A stretch of DNA of 64,000 bases, taken from the NCBI GenBank assembly GCA_029268695.1, contig JAQWNJ010000014.1:751-64750 (forward strand), written 5' to 3'. This document shows positions 10,562-22,753 of this stretch, piece after piece. Under the pieces are notes generated by a model. The model was not told the origin of the DNA, searched no databases, and saw nothing but the letters and a program-made list of their open reading frames with translations. A program made the position numbers and the translations under genes. The DNA is from Bacteroidia bacterium. Lineage in GTDB: Bacteria > Bacteroidota > Bacteroidia > NS11-12g > UBA9320. Numbering within the stretch: position 1 is the stretch's first letter; each line of letters begins with the position of its first letter.

Positions 10562-10978
10562 ATGAAAAAAGAAATATTAAACAGCAGTAAGGCACCTGAA
10601 CCAGTGGGAGCATATCCACATGCGAGAAAGTTTGGAAATCTCCTCTTTTTAAGTGGCGTTGGGCCCAGAGAAAGAGGCACAAAAGAAATTCCAGGAGTTA
10701 AACTAGCTGATGATGGATCTATTGTTAGCTATGATATCGAAACACAGTGTCGATCTGTATTTAACAATATCAAACAAATTATAGAAGATTCAGGGAGTAG
10801 TTGGGATAACATCATCGATGTAACAGTTTTTCTAACGAACATGAAGGATGATTTTAAAACATATAATAAAATTTATGCTGAATACTTTAAAGATAATCAG
10901 CCTTGTCGTACAACACTAGAAATAAACTGTTTACCAACACCAATTGCAATAGAATTAAAAGTTATTGCAACTATTTAA
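10562..10978 (+). CDS. ridA: RidA/YjgF-family reactive-intermediate deaminase
   Basis: The 138-aa ORF begins ...SSKAPEPVGAYPHARKFGNLLFLSG and has a typical Rid family C-terminal segment. Confidence 0.75.
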   Translation: MKKEILNSSKAPEPVGAYPHARKFGNLLFLSGVGPRERGTKEIPGVKLADDGSIVSYDIETQCRSVFNNIKQIIEDSGSSWDNIIDVTVFLTNMKDDFKTYNKIYAEYFKDNQPCRTTLEINCLPTPIAIELKVIATI

Positions 10979-10988
10979 ATTTGGTTAA

Positions 10989-11861
10989 TTAAAGTTTTTC
11001 CATGGCTTGGTCTATCGCCTTCATCGTATCCTTATTGACTGGAACCACTGGGAGTCTAAACTGATTATCACAAATTCCTAGTTTTTTAAGTACGTATTTG
11101 ACACCTCCTGGATTACCATCCATGAAAATTGCTTTCATCAATGGGAGTAACTTGTAATGAAGATGTCTTGCATTTTTATAATCACCATCTAATGCATAAT
11201 TTACCATCTGACTGAATTCTTTCGGATATGCATTTCCGATAACTGAGATAACCCCTTGCATCCCAGCAGCAATGTATGACAAAGTATAATTATCATCCCC
11301 ACTAATCACTCCAAAATCATTTGGTACTTGATGAATAACATCCATACAAACATCTAGACTTCCACTAGCTTCTTTTGTACAAATAACATTGGGTAATTCT
11401 GCAATCCGAAATGTCGTTTGTGCCGAAACCAATGACCCTGTTCTTCCTGGAACATTATACATGATGATTGGCCATTTTGAAGCTTCACTAATAATTTTAT
11501 AATGTTGAAATATCCCTTCTTGACTAGGTTTATTGTAATATGGGCTGACACTCAAAATGGCATCAATACCTGACAAATCCTCAGAGACTAATCGATCGAG
11601 AACACTTGATGTGTTATTCCCTCCAATTCCATAGACAATAGGAAGACGCTTAGCATTCACTTCCACTACCTTTTTTAGTATTTCATTTTGCTCTTCTGGA
11701 CTAATGGTAGGATTTTCTCCTGTAGTTCCCATTACAACGAGATATCTTACTCCCCCATTAATCAGGTGATTGGTTAATTTTTCAAGACCATCATAATCAA
11801 CACTTTTATCTGTTTTAAATGGTGTGACCATAGCCACGCCCAATCCCTTGAATTTATTCAT
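10989..11861 (-). CDS. dapA: 4-hydroxy-tetrahydrodipicolinate synthase
   Basis: The 290-aa ORF begins ...GVAMVTPFKTD...YLVVMGTTGE and shows the DapA family pattern. Confidence 0.9.
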   Translation of the reverse strand: MNKFKGLGVAMVTPFKTDKSVDYDGLEKLTNHLINGGVRYLVVMGTTGENPTISPEEQNEILKKVVEVNAKRLPIVYGIGGNNTSSVLDRLVSEDLSGIDAILSVSPYYNKPSQEGIFQHYKIISEASKWPIIMYNVPGRTGSLVSAQTTFRIAELPNVICTKEASGSLDVCMDVIHQVPNDFGVISGDDNYTLSYIAAGMQGVISVIGNAYPKEFSQMVNYALDGDYKNARHLHYKLLPLMKAIFMDGNPGGVKYVLKKLGICDNQFRLPVVPVNKDTMKAIDQAMEKL

Positions 11862-12373
11862 TTAATGTGTCTAGTTATATCTATAAACAATCCATACGCC
11901 TCTTGACTATTACTTTTTACCATCAGGTCATGTGCAAAAACAAAATCATCAAAAAACTTACCAATTCTTGTTTTTGCTACTGAAAAGGTTGAGATTCCTT
12001 GTAATTCAATAGCACCTTTTAAATCTAAATTAATTAGAAAATCAAAATCTTCTTGAATAAATTTAGATATGCTATCACCATGAGGAATCTTCCAAAAATT
12101 TAAATCGGCATTACAAAAATAACTCTCTTTATAATTTGGTAGTAGATTATCAATATCTTTCTCATTTACAAATCCCAAGGTAAATACTGATTTACCCTCA
12201 GATTCAAAATGATGAATAATTTTATGAAGGTGCTCGCTTGTCATATCTTGCATGTTGTATACAACGCCAATTTTACGTGCATATTTAAGTTTTTTTAGTC
12301 GCTCAAACTTATCTGCTTGTGAAGTTCTAGCGAGAATTCGCCTTCCAATATTTCGTTGGATATTCGTCAACAT
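11858..12373 (-). CDS. Conserved hypothetical protein (171 aa) in the ligA-hyp-dapA operon
   Basis: The ORF overlaps the dapA start by 4 nt and lies 14 nt after the ligA stop. I recognise no domain in it. Confidence 0.5.
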   Translation of the reverse strand: MLTNIQRNIGRRILARTSQADKFERLKKLKYARKIGVVYNMQDMTSEHLHKIIHHFESEGKSVFTLGFVNEKDIDNLLPNYKESYFCNADLNFWKIPHGDSISKFIQEDFDFLINLDLKGAIELQGISTFSVAKTRIGKFFDDFVFAHDLMVKSNSQEAYGLFIDITRHIK

Positions 12374-12387
12374 TACAAAGATATAAC

Positions 12388-14496
<2,109 letters not shown>

Positions 14497-14519
14497 TCAG
14501 GTAGACTACCTTTAATCCT

Positions 14520-14820
14520 ATGAGAGTTAGTCTAAGTTATTTTTTATACTTCTATTGTATTCTTTCATTTGGACAATCTCCCTACACTTCCGGATTTTTT
14601 AATTATCATTTGACCGATCGGAACGAAATTCAATCGAATGAAATAACTAACGAATTTTATACAGGCATCAAACCCTACAGAAGAGATCCTGTTAGAAGGA
14701 ATTAAAAATACAATATCTCTAGATTTAAGCTACATGATTTGGTATAATTTGTTTGCTGATGCAGGAGTATTTATTAGTAATCAAAACAATGTTATTATTT
14801 CGGATGATCAAAAACAGTAA
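14520..14820 (+). pseudogene. Possible degraded gene remnant: signal-peptide ORF fragments in two frames
   Basis: Frame 1 reads MRVSLSYFLYFYCILSFGQSPYTSGFFNYHLTDRNEIQSNEITNEFYTGIKPYRRDPVRRN then stop. The adjacent frame reads ...ISLDLSYMIWYNLFADAGVFISNQNNVIISDDQKQ then stop. No intact gene occupies the 420-bp gap between ligA and the next gene. Confidence 0.25.
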
Positions 14821-14874
14821 TCTTTCGATTTGGGATGAGGTTAAACCTTACTGCTTTAGACTATCGTCAATAGA

Positions 14875-16134
14875 TTACGTTTTCTGTTTTTTCTTTTTAA
14901 CACTTGGGAACAGAATATTATTTAATATCAAACGATATCCTGGTGAATTTGGGTGCAGAGATAAGTCTGTCGGTGGTTCACCAACCATATGCTGGTAATC
15001 TTCTGGATCATGACCACCATAAAATGTAAATTGGCCTTTACCCATCATGCCATGTAAATATTTAACTTCACCTAAACTTTTATTTTCTCCCATAATAACC
15101 ACTGAACTTTTCACAAATTGCTTTTGAAAAGCAGTTGTCTGCCCCATAAATGACTTCACAATACGCTCGTGATTTTGAGTTAGTATAGTAGGAATAACAT
15201 CCCATTTTGCACTGAATTCATTAAGAGCAAATAAGTCATTGGCCTCTTTCACTCTTCTTGTCCTTGGGTCTATATCAATGTTACTAATTTCATACCGCAT
15301 GGGATTAAGCTCAATGTTAAAATCTTTGAAAGCAAACGCATTATCAAAATCCAGTTTTGCTTGTGCATTTGGAGCCATAGGGTCACCGTCAAACATTCGC
15401 TCGCATATATCTATCCCTTTAGCAGATAAAGCTACATCATAACTATCTGGTGCACTACACATAGCAAATAAAAAACCCCCTCCTATTGTAAAATCTCTTA
15501 TTTTTTTTGATACTGCAAGTTTAAGCTCTGATACTTTTGTGTAACCGTATTTTTCTGCAAGTTCTTGAGCTTCATTCACCTGATTAATATACCACGGTGC
15601 ATTTCTATAACTTGCCCAAAATTTTCCATACTGTCCTGTAAAATCCTCATGATGTAGATGCAGCCAGTTATATAAAGGAAGTTTATCAGAGAGTACCTCA
15701 TCATCAAAAACAACATCGTATGGAATTTCAGCATATTTTAACACCATAGTGACAGCATCATCCCAAGGCTGAGCAGTTTTTGGAGAATAGACAGCAATCT
15801 TTGGCACTTTTAATAATTTAACAACCTCTGCATTGACTGATGGATTTGCAATGTCATTTTTGATACCAATTGCTCTAGATTCACTCATAGTAGTAAAAGT
15901 AACTCCTCTAAAAAGACACTCTTTTTCTATGTTTTCATAATCATTCATCAAGAAACTACCTCCTTTGTAATTCAATAACCATTCTACCTCTTCTTGCTGT
16001 TCAAGTACCCAATATGCAATACCATAGGCTTTTAAATGATTCTTTTGAGTAACATCCATAGGTATCAATAATTTGTCTGCAAAAACAGTCAATGACAAGC
16101 AAATTATTATAACTAATGGTACGATTTTTCTCAT
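14875..16134 (-). CDS. Conserved hypothetical secreted protein (419 aa)
   Basis: It has a signal peptide (MRKIVPLVIIICLSLTVFA) and a Lys-rich C-terminus. I recognise no domain with confidence. Confidence 0.6.
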   Translation of the reverse strand: MRKIVPLVIIICLSLTVFADKLLIPMDVTQKNHLKAYGIAYWVLEQQEEVEWLLNYKGGSFLMNDYENIEKECLFRGVTFTTMSESRAIGIKNDIANPSVNAEVVKLLKVPKIAVYSPKTAQPWDDAVTMVLKYAEIPYDVVFDDEVLSDKLPLYNWLHLHHEDFTGQYGKFWASYRNAPWYINQVNEAQELAEKYGYTKVSELKLAVSKKIRDFTIGGGFLFAMCSAPDSYDVALSAKGIDICERMFDGDPMAPNAQAKLDFDNAFAFKDFNIELNPMRYEISNIDIDPRTRRVKEANDLFALNEFSAKWDVIPTILTQNHERIVKSFMGQTTAFQKQFVKSSVVIMGENKSLGEVKYLHGMMGKGQFTFYGGHDPEDYQHMVGEPPTDLSLHPNSPGYRLILNNILFPSVKKKKQKT

Positions 16135-16136
16135 TA

Positions 16137-16496
16137 CTACTTAACAAAAAAAGTGGTGATTTTATGAGTAACTATAACTAGCGTGATTCCCAAAATATTG
16201 CTCAGGGCTAAGTATATAATTAGCTTTTTAAATTCCTTTAGCTCAAGTAGCTTAAATGCGTCTAGACCAAAGCTAGAGAATGTTGTAAACCCACCTAAAA
16301 TGCCCGTAATCAAAAATAAAGATGACTTTGGGTGATGAAGTACTAGAACACTAAATATTCCAATAAGCACACAACCTATCAAATTAACTGATAGTGTGGC
16401 AAAAGGAAAGTTGCCAACAGAGTGAAAAAATCCGCTTATATACCACCGCAATGCTGCACCGATACCACCGCCTATAAAAACCCAAGCTAAATTCAT
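16137..16496 (-). CDS. crcB: Fluoride ion channel CrcB/Fluc
   Basis: The 119-aa ORF has four TM helices and begins MNLAWVFIGGGIGAALRWYISG, with GGFTTFSSF, as is typical of the CrcB family. Confidence 0.85.
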   Translation of the reverse strand: MNLAWVFIGGGIGAALRWYISGFFHSVGNFPFATLSVNLIGCVLIGIFSVLVLHHPKSSLFLITGILGGFTTFSSFGLDAFKLLELKEFKKLIIYLALSNILGITLVIVTHKITTFFVK

Positions 16497-17323
16497 TCGT
16501 GATAGGTATAGTTAAATAAAAATTCTACTTCCAAAGCTCCATTCCCATTGTAGGTATATACATTATTTAGAAGTCCATTTTGTTTGTAGAAAAATAATTG
16601 TTTCCGATTTTGAGAATCCATAGTGCTTAAAACTCTATTATTTTGATCATATTCAAAATAAATTTGCTTGAAGCTTGGACTTTGACCATAAATTGTGATA
16701 GATCTACTTTTCATTTTCCCATCAGTCATCCTTTCATAACTCACCATGCTTAATGGGGTACCATCCTCATCTGTGGTGTACTCCTGAACTAAATTCTTTT
16801 TTCTATCATATCGATAAACATTTTTAATTAAACTCTGTTGCCCTGAATTATTCTCTCGTTTAGCTATCGAACTATCCAATTTGTTTTTTGAATTTCTATA
16901 GAATTCATTTGAGGAGACAAGTGTATCATTCTTTTCAGAATAATGTGTAATGATTTGAATTGGGTCATTCGAATCGTCATATTTAAAGAAACTTTTAGCA
17001 TAAGGCAAATTATCTCTTCGAATCTCAAGTATCCCAAGTTGACCATTTACATAGGAAAAAAATCGCTCCTCTGAATTATTCCAACCATTGCATCGCATAT
17101 CTGTTCGATGAAAAGTAATTGCTAACATATGATTAAATTTTTTGTGTTCAAGTAAGCACGTATCTTTATTCCCCTCAAATGCATGAACAAATTGGTATTT
17201 ATAAACAGTTGCTACTTTATTTAATTTAATTAATGCCGTATCATTTTGTTGAGCTTTCATAGTGAATGAAAGCAAAATCGATATACTAAAAAAGAATTGT
17301 CTTTTCATTTTCTCGTGTAGCAT
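16493..17323 (-). CDS. Hypothetical secreted protein (276 aa)
   Basis: The signal peptide ends ...LLSFTMKAQQ. The ORF overlaps the crcB start by 4 nt and the tsaD 3' end. Confidence 0.55.
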   Translation of the reverse strand: MLHEKMKRQFFFSISILLSFTMKAQQNDTALIKLNKVATVYKYQFVHAFEGNKDTCLLEHKKFNHMLAITFHRTDMRCNGWNNSEERFFSYVNGQLGILEIRRDNLPYAKSFFKYDDSNDPIQIITHYSEKNDTLVSSNEFYRNSKNKLDSSIAKRENNSGQQSLIKNVYRYDRKKNLVQEYTTDEDGTPLSMVSYERMTDGKMKSRSITIYGQSPSFKQIYFEYDQNNRVLSTMDSQNRKQLFFYKQNGLLNNVYTYNGNGALEVEFLFNYTYHE

Positions 17324-18324
17324 ACATCGGTTAGTTTGCCAAATTGCTTTTGTTCTAATTTAATTTTACCAGCAAATGCAATCATGGCTGCATTATCTGT
17401 GCAGTATTCAAATTTAGGAATATAAGCTTCTGAACCTGTGTTCCTAGCTAGTTTTTTAAGTGAGCACCTTAATTCAGAATTTGCTGCAACACCTCCGGCT
17501 ATACCAATACTATTAACCCCTGTTTCCTTAATTGCCCTATTCAAGTTGAACAATAAATAAGACACTATAGTACGTTGAATTGACGAACATAAATCATATA
17601 TATTTTCATCAATAAAGTTAGGATTCTTTTTAACCTCCTTTTGTAAAAAATAAAGTATTGATGTCTTCATACCTGAAAAGCTGTAATCCAATCCTCCAAC
17701 ATTTGGTGTATTGAATTTAAAAGCATTTGGATTCCCTTTTTTTGCAAGTTGATCAATTTGTGGACCAGACGGGTAGGAAAGGCCCAACATCTTACCTGCT
17801 TTATCAAAGGCCTCACCAGCAGCGTCATCCATAGTTTTCCCAAGTATCTGCATTTGATAATTTTCTTTGACTAGAACGATTTGAGTATGCCCCCCAGATA
17901 CCAATAAACATAAAAAGGGTAACGGAGGTATTTCTTCATCAATAAAATGAGCTAAAACATGAGCATCTAAGTGATTTATATTTACAAATGGCACCTCCAT
18001 AGACATTGATAGTCCTTTCACAAAGGTATGCCCTACAAGAAGGGACCCCATCAATCCAGGACCTTGAGTGCAAGCTATTGCATCTATATCTTGCAAATTC
18101 AAATTCGCTTTACTTAAGGCAGATTTTACCGTTGGGAGTATATTTTGTTGATGTTTTCGACTGGCCCATTCGGGAACAACACCTCCAAATTCTTCATGCA
18201 CTTTTTGTGATGCAATAACATTGGAACAAATTTTGCCATTCACCAAAACAGCTGCAGATGTATCATCACAAGACGATTCTACGCCAAGTATATTGTTATG
18301 TGAATTATTCTTTGTGTATTCCAA
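17305..18324 (-). CDS. tsaD: tRNA N6-adenosine threonylcarbamoyltransferase
   Basis: The 339-aa ORF has ILGVESSCDDTSAAV, Kae1/TsaD family motifs and an ASKHF-type fold. Confidence 0.9.
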   Translation of the reverse strand: MEYTKNNSHNNILGVESSCDDTSAAVLVNGKICSNVIASQKVHEEFGGVVPEWASRKHQQNILPTVKSALSKANLNLQDIDAIACTQGPGLMGSLLVGHTFVKGLSMSMEVPFVNINHLDAHVLAHFIDEEIPPLPFLCLLVSGGHTQIVLVKENYQMQILGKTMDDAAGEAFDKAGKMLGLSYPSGPQIDQLAKKGNPNAFKFNTPNVGGLDYSFSGMKTSILYFLQKEVKKNPNFIDENIYDLCSSIQRTIVSYLLFNLNRAIKETGVNSIGIAGGVAANSELRCSLKKLARNTGSEAYIPKFEYCTDNAAMIAFAGKIKLEQKQFGKLTDVCYTRK

Positions 18325-18364
18325 GGTATGTTTGTATGTCTATTTTTGATATCTAATTAAGTAA

Positions 18365-21300
18365 TTGCCAAAAATAATTAAAATACCACTGATAACTCTT
18401 GCTGTTTTCATAGGCATGCTATTATTGTTTTTAGGAATTGCTCAAACTCATTGGTTTAAGAATATTATCAAATCTAATTTAATTTCATATTGCGAGGAAG
18501 AGCTTGATGTTAAAGTAAGTATCAAATCTCTTGAAATTAATTATTTCGACTTTATAAAAATCAACCAGCTTTACATTCCAGGAAAAAACAATGATACACT
18601 TATTTACGCTGATCAAATTTCCATTGACTATAATTTTAAAAAGTTAATAAAAAAGGAAGTCGAGTTAAATAACATTTTGTTGGATGGGGGATCGATTCAT
18701 ATTGGGGTCGTTGAAAACAAGAAATCACTCAATATTCAGTATCTTATTGATGCATTTAAACCTAAAAGTCAGAATAATTCAAAAAGAATACAACCATTTA
18801 TAATTCACCATCTTGGAATAAAAAACTCTACATTTTGTTATTTTGATGACAATAAAGAAGCTGAAAAAAAACATGCTTTTGATCAAAATGACATTCGATT
18901 CAACAAGATTGATGGGGACTTTAAAAACTTTGTAATCTTAGAAGACTCTTTAAATTTTAAAATAGAACGGTTAACCACCATGGAAAGCTCTGGCCTTTCT
19001 ATTAAAAATCTTAGTGCAAACGCAACTATCAGCTCAACAACCCTAAAGTTTGAACACCTTAAACTAAAAACACCATTAAGCTACATTGAAGATTTTGTAG
19101 CATTTAGATATCTTGATTATGAGGATTTTTCTGACTTCAATAATAATGTACTAATGAATGTATCATTATTGAATTCCTTTATTCATACAGATGATATCTC
19201 CATCTTTAATAGCAAGTTATCCTCTTATCACGACTTATTTAAAATAGAAGGAGAAATAATGGGATCAATTAATGACCTAACTGGCAAAAAAATAAAATTA
19301 TCACTAGGTGATAATAATCATTTTAATGGAGAGCTGGCCATTAAAAATGTGTCTAACCCTGATGAATTCCAATTTTTAATTAATGCTGATAAAATTAAGA
19401 CTACCCTGAGTGATATTAAACAGTATCTCAATGAACCTCAACTATTCAATGAAATAAAATATCTTAAAACAGTTGAATTTAGAGGCAAATATGAAGGTGA
19501 TTTTTATGCCTTTATTGTCAATGGCCAACTAGCCACTAATGTTGGCAATATTCGTGCAGAAGTATCTTTTGATAATACAGAAGACGTCCCAATATTTAAA
19601 GGTACCTTGTCAAGTGGTCAAATTGAACTTGGTAAGATGCTTTACAACCCATCATTCAATCAATGCAAATTCAATGTTAAATTTGAGGGAGAAGGAGCTT
19701 CCATAAATGATTTCAAGACTAAATTTAAAGGAAATATTAACCATATTTCTTATAATGGAATCTCCTATAAAAACACTAAAATCAATGGACAAATTGATGA
19801 GAAAATACTTTCCTGCATGATTGAAAACATTGGCATTGAACAGGAATTCAAAATAAATACTATCCTAAATCTTCAAAATAAAGCACCATCAATAACGGCA
19901 ACTGCTGATGTTAAAAAAATGAATTTTAAATTAAGTTTAAACGACTCAGTTGATAATTTATTGGCATTTAAAGCTGACTTAAAATTAACTGGGAACACAA
20001 TCAATACGATTGAAGGAGATGTAAATCTAGAACAACTTAAATATTCGAGAAACGGAGAAACATATCCATTTAAATTCCTTAAAATCAGCAAAACGGGAAC
20101 CGAAAAAAGACAAAATATAAACCTCACCTCTGATCAATTTGAACTTGCTATTTCAGGGAACTATACCCCTGCTGAATTACCTTTAATATCACAAAAATTA
20201 ATTCATAGGATTAACTCAATTGACGAAACGCTGGTGGGTTCAAGTATACAATCCGAAAACTTATACCTAACGATGAAGGTTCAGGAGAACAACCAAATCC
20301 TACCAATTTTAGTCAAAAAATTATCCCTAGAAAGTGGATTCTTATCATTAAGCTATGATATCAAAACGGGTGAAATTTTAAATAACACTAATTTAATAGG
20401 TCTACAATATGAAAACATATTAGCCCCTCGTGTGTTGGCTAATATTCATAATAATCAAGACTCGTCTGCTTTAAATTTCAATATTTCCACTGGAGGATTA
20501 TTGCAAAATGACAGCAGTTTATTTGAGCTATTTGAACTGAAAGGATTACTTGAAAAAAATGTCATTCATTTTCATAATATTTCAAAAAAAGGAAAATCCT
20601 TAGATATTGACATAAATGGCAGGGCTGTCTATCAAAGTGATAGTATTAAGATATATTTTGATCAATCAAAAGTTAAAGTAGATGAAAAACCATGGGTATT
20701 GAGACCTGTAAAAAATCCAAATATTATCCTTCATGAAGGCACGACAGAACTTCTTTACTTTGATTTTAGACATGCTGATGAAATACTATTTGTTGATGCA
20801 TCTTTAGGAGATCAAGCTAACAAAGCAAATGCAATTATCTCAAATTTTGAACTGGGAAATATTAATCCATTTATTGCAGGATTTGATTTAAGCTTTCATG
20901 GCATAGTAAATGGCTATATTGACATATCAGATCGCGAAGGGTTTCCAATTATTGAGACTAACCTGTCTGTAAAACAACTTCAAATGGATGATGATACATT
21001 AGGTAATCTTGAATTGTCTAGTGAAAATGCTAAGGGGCTTGCTGTATTGATTAATGGAGATATATCCAATGGGGTTCTTAATCAGATGAAAATTAGTGGT
21101 GCTATTGATTTTGACAATAAAAAATCACCTCTTAATCTTCAGCTTAAAACAAAAAAGAGTAGTATAAAACCATTTGATAAATACCTTGCTGGGCTGATGT
21201 CTGATGTTTCTGGATATAGCACAACAGACATTTCAGTAACTGGACCATTGAAAGCACCAAAACTAGATGGTACAATGTACATTGATAGTCTTGATTTCAC

Positions 21301-22753
21301 AATGGACTACCTACAAACTAATTATACAGGAGACGCTACTGTAAAAATCGACTATTCGTCATTTCATATTTCTAAAGCTCAGATAAAAGATAGATTTGGG
21401 CAAAAAGGGAATATCAATGGTAACATAAGCCATCATAATTTTCATGATTTTAAACTGGACCTTGATATTGACAAACTCCAAAACTTTGAGATCATGAATA
21501 CCTCTCGAGGAGATAATAGTTTGTTTTACGGAAGTGCTTTTGTAGATGGTTCTGCAAAAATTTCTGGACCACTTGATGATATTTTAATTCAAGTAAATGC
21601 TAAAAGTAGAAAAGGGACTGTAATAGAAATTCCTCTGGATGATCTAGAATCTGATCATACCCTTAGCTATGTAAAATTTGTTGATCTAAAAAAAGATATT
21701 AAAGAAGAAAAGGCATTTAAAACAGCTGCTGGCATTCAAATGGATTTCAATTTTGAGGTTACCAATGATGCTGAAGTAAAACTTATCTTTGACGAACTTC
21801 TAGGTGACAAAATAGAGGCTTCAAGTCATGGAAATTTAAGAATGGAAATTAATACATTCGGAGATTTTAACATGTATGGTGGACTCACCATAGACAAAGG
21901 GAATTATTTATTTACAGCATTTGACCTCATAAATAAATTTTTCGTCGTAAAACCTGGAGGAACACTTCGTTGGGATGGTAATCCATACAACGCCAAAATA
22001 GACCTTGAAGCTATTAAAAGAGAATACCCAACCCCACTTCCCTTATTGTCGGGCACACTATCCTCAGCTGAAGACAGTACCCTTTTTCAAACTGCTATAC
22101 CTGCTGATTGTTACCTAAAATTAGAGGGGTTGTTATTCAATCCTGATGTCACATTCGACCTAGGATTCCCATCAAAAACTAACCTAAATACTAATACAAA
22201 CAGCACTTTAAATACCATTATTAATCGAATTAGACTAGACCAAGAAGAACTCAATCGACAAGTTTTTGCGTTATTAGTTCTAGGCACCTTTATTCCTCCA
22301 AGCTTCGCAAATAGTTCGAGTCCTGAACTGTCTTTAGGAGCAGTAAATACAGGAATCAATAGTTTTAGTGACTTCGCCTCGAGTCAGATTAATAACTGGC
22401 TCAGCCAACTTGATACTCGATTTCAATTGGGTGTTGATTATCAAACCTCGTATCAAAAAAAAGCTGAATTAATACTATCTCTACGTCGTAAATTTATCAA
22501 TGATCGTTTAGAATTATCGTATTCTACAGATGCCGCCGCTCAAGGTTCTATCCCTTATGATATTAGTGTCAAATACACTATTGGAGATGACGGGAATCTA
22601 AAACTTCAAGGTTTCCAAAAACAAGCAAATGACCCTACGATTGGAAGTATTACAAATGTTCGTACAACTGGGGTTGGACTTTTCTATCGCTATCAGTTTG
22701 ATAAATTCAGATTACGTAGAAAGAGAAAGAAATTTTCTTCAGAAAGTAACTAA
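18365..22753 (+). CDS. tamB: TamB-like translocation and assembly module protein (DUF490 family)
   Basis: The 1462-aa ORF has an N-terminal TM anchor, a long repetitive beta-rich body and a DUF490-like C-terminus. It is diverged from tsaD, as is common in Bacteroidota. Confidence 0.75.
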   Translation: MPKIIKIPLITLAVFIGMLLLFLGIAQTHWFKNIIKSNLISYCEEELDVKVSIKSLEINYFDFIKINQLYIPGKNNDTLIYADQISIDYNFKKLIKKEVELNNILLDGGSIHIGVVENKKSLNIQYLIDAFKPKSQNNSKRIQPFIIHHLGIKNSTFCYFDDNKEAEKKHAFDQNDIRFNKIDGDFKNFVILEDSLNFKIERLTTMESSGLSIKNLSANATISSTTLKFEHLKLKTPLSYIEDFVAFRYLDYEDFSDFNNNVLMNVSLLNSFIHTDDISIFNSKLSSYHDLFKIEGEIMGSINDLTGKKIKLSLGDNNHFNGELAIKNVSNPDEFQFLINADKIKTTLSDIKQYLNEPQLFNEIKYLKTVEFRGKYEGDFYAFIVNGQLATNVGNIRAEVSFDNTEDVPIFKGTLSSGQIELGKMLYNPSFNQCKFNVKFEGEGASINDFKTKFKGNINHISYNGISYKNTKINGQIDEKILSCMIENIGIEQEFKINTILNLQNKAPSITATADVKKMNFKLSLNDSVDNLLAFKADLKLTGNTINTIEGDVNLEQLKYSRNGETYPFKFLKISKTGTEKRQNINLTSDQFELAISGNYTPAELPLISQKLIHRINSIDETLVGSSIQSENLYLTMKVQENNQILPILVKKLSLESGFLSLSYDIKTGEILNNTNLIGLQYENILAPRVLANIHNNQDSSALNFNISTGGLLQNDSSLFELFELKGLLEKNVIHFHNISKKGKSLDIDINGRAVYQSDSIKIYFDQSKVKVDEKPWVLRPVKNPNIILHEGTTELLYFDFRHADEILFVDASLGDQANKANAIISNFELGNINPFIAGFDLSFHGIVNGYIDISDREGFPIIETNLSVKQLQMDDDTLGNLELSSENAKGLAVLINGDISNGVLNQMKISGAIDFDNKKSPLNLQLKTKKSSIKPFDKYLAGLMSDVSGYSTTDISVTGPLKAPKLDGTMYIDSLDFTMDYLQTNYTGDATVKIDYSSFHISKAQIKDRFGQKGNINGNISHHNFHDFKLDLDIDKLQNFEIMNTSRGDNSLFYGSAFVDGSAKISGPLDDILIQVNAKSRKGTVIEIPLDDLESDHTLSYVKFVDLKKDIKEEKAFKTAAGIQMDFNFEVTNDAEVKLIFDELLGDKIEASSHGNLRMEINTFGDFNMYGGLTIDKGNYLFTAFDLINKFFVVKPGGTLRWDGNPYNAKIDLEAIKREYPTPLPLLSGTLSSAEDSTLFQTAIPADCYLKLEGLLFNPDVTFDLGFPSKTNLNTNTNSTLNTIINRIRLDQEELNRQVFALLVLGTFIPPSFANSSSPELSLGAVNTGINSFSDFASSQINNWLSQLDTRFQLGVDYQTSYQKKAELILSLRRKFINDRLELSYSTDAAAQGSIPYDISVKYTIGDDGNLKLQGFQKQANDPTIGSITNVRTTGVGLFYRYQFDKFRLRRKRKKFSSESN

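Noticed and set aside
16137-16560. Expected a fluoride riboswitch upstream of crcB
   Set aside because: The upstream ORF overlaps the crcB start by 4 nt, leaving no leader to host a riboswitch. crcB appears to be an internal operon member.
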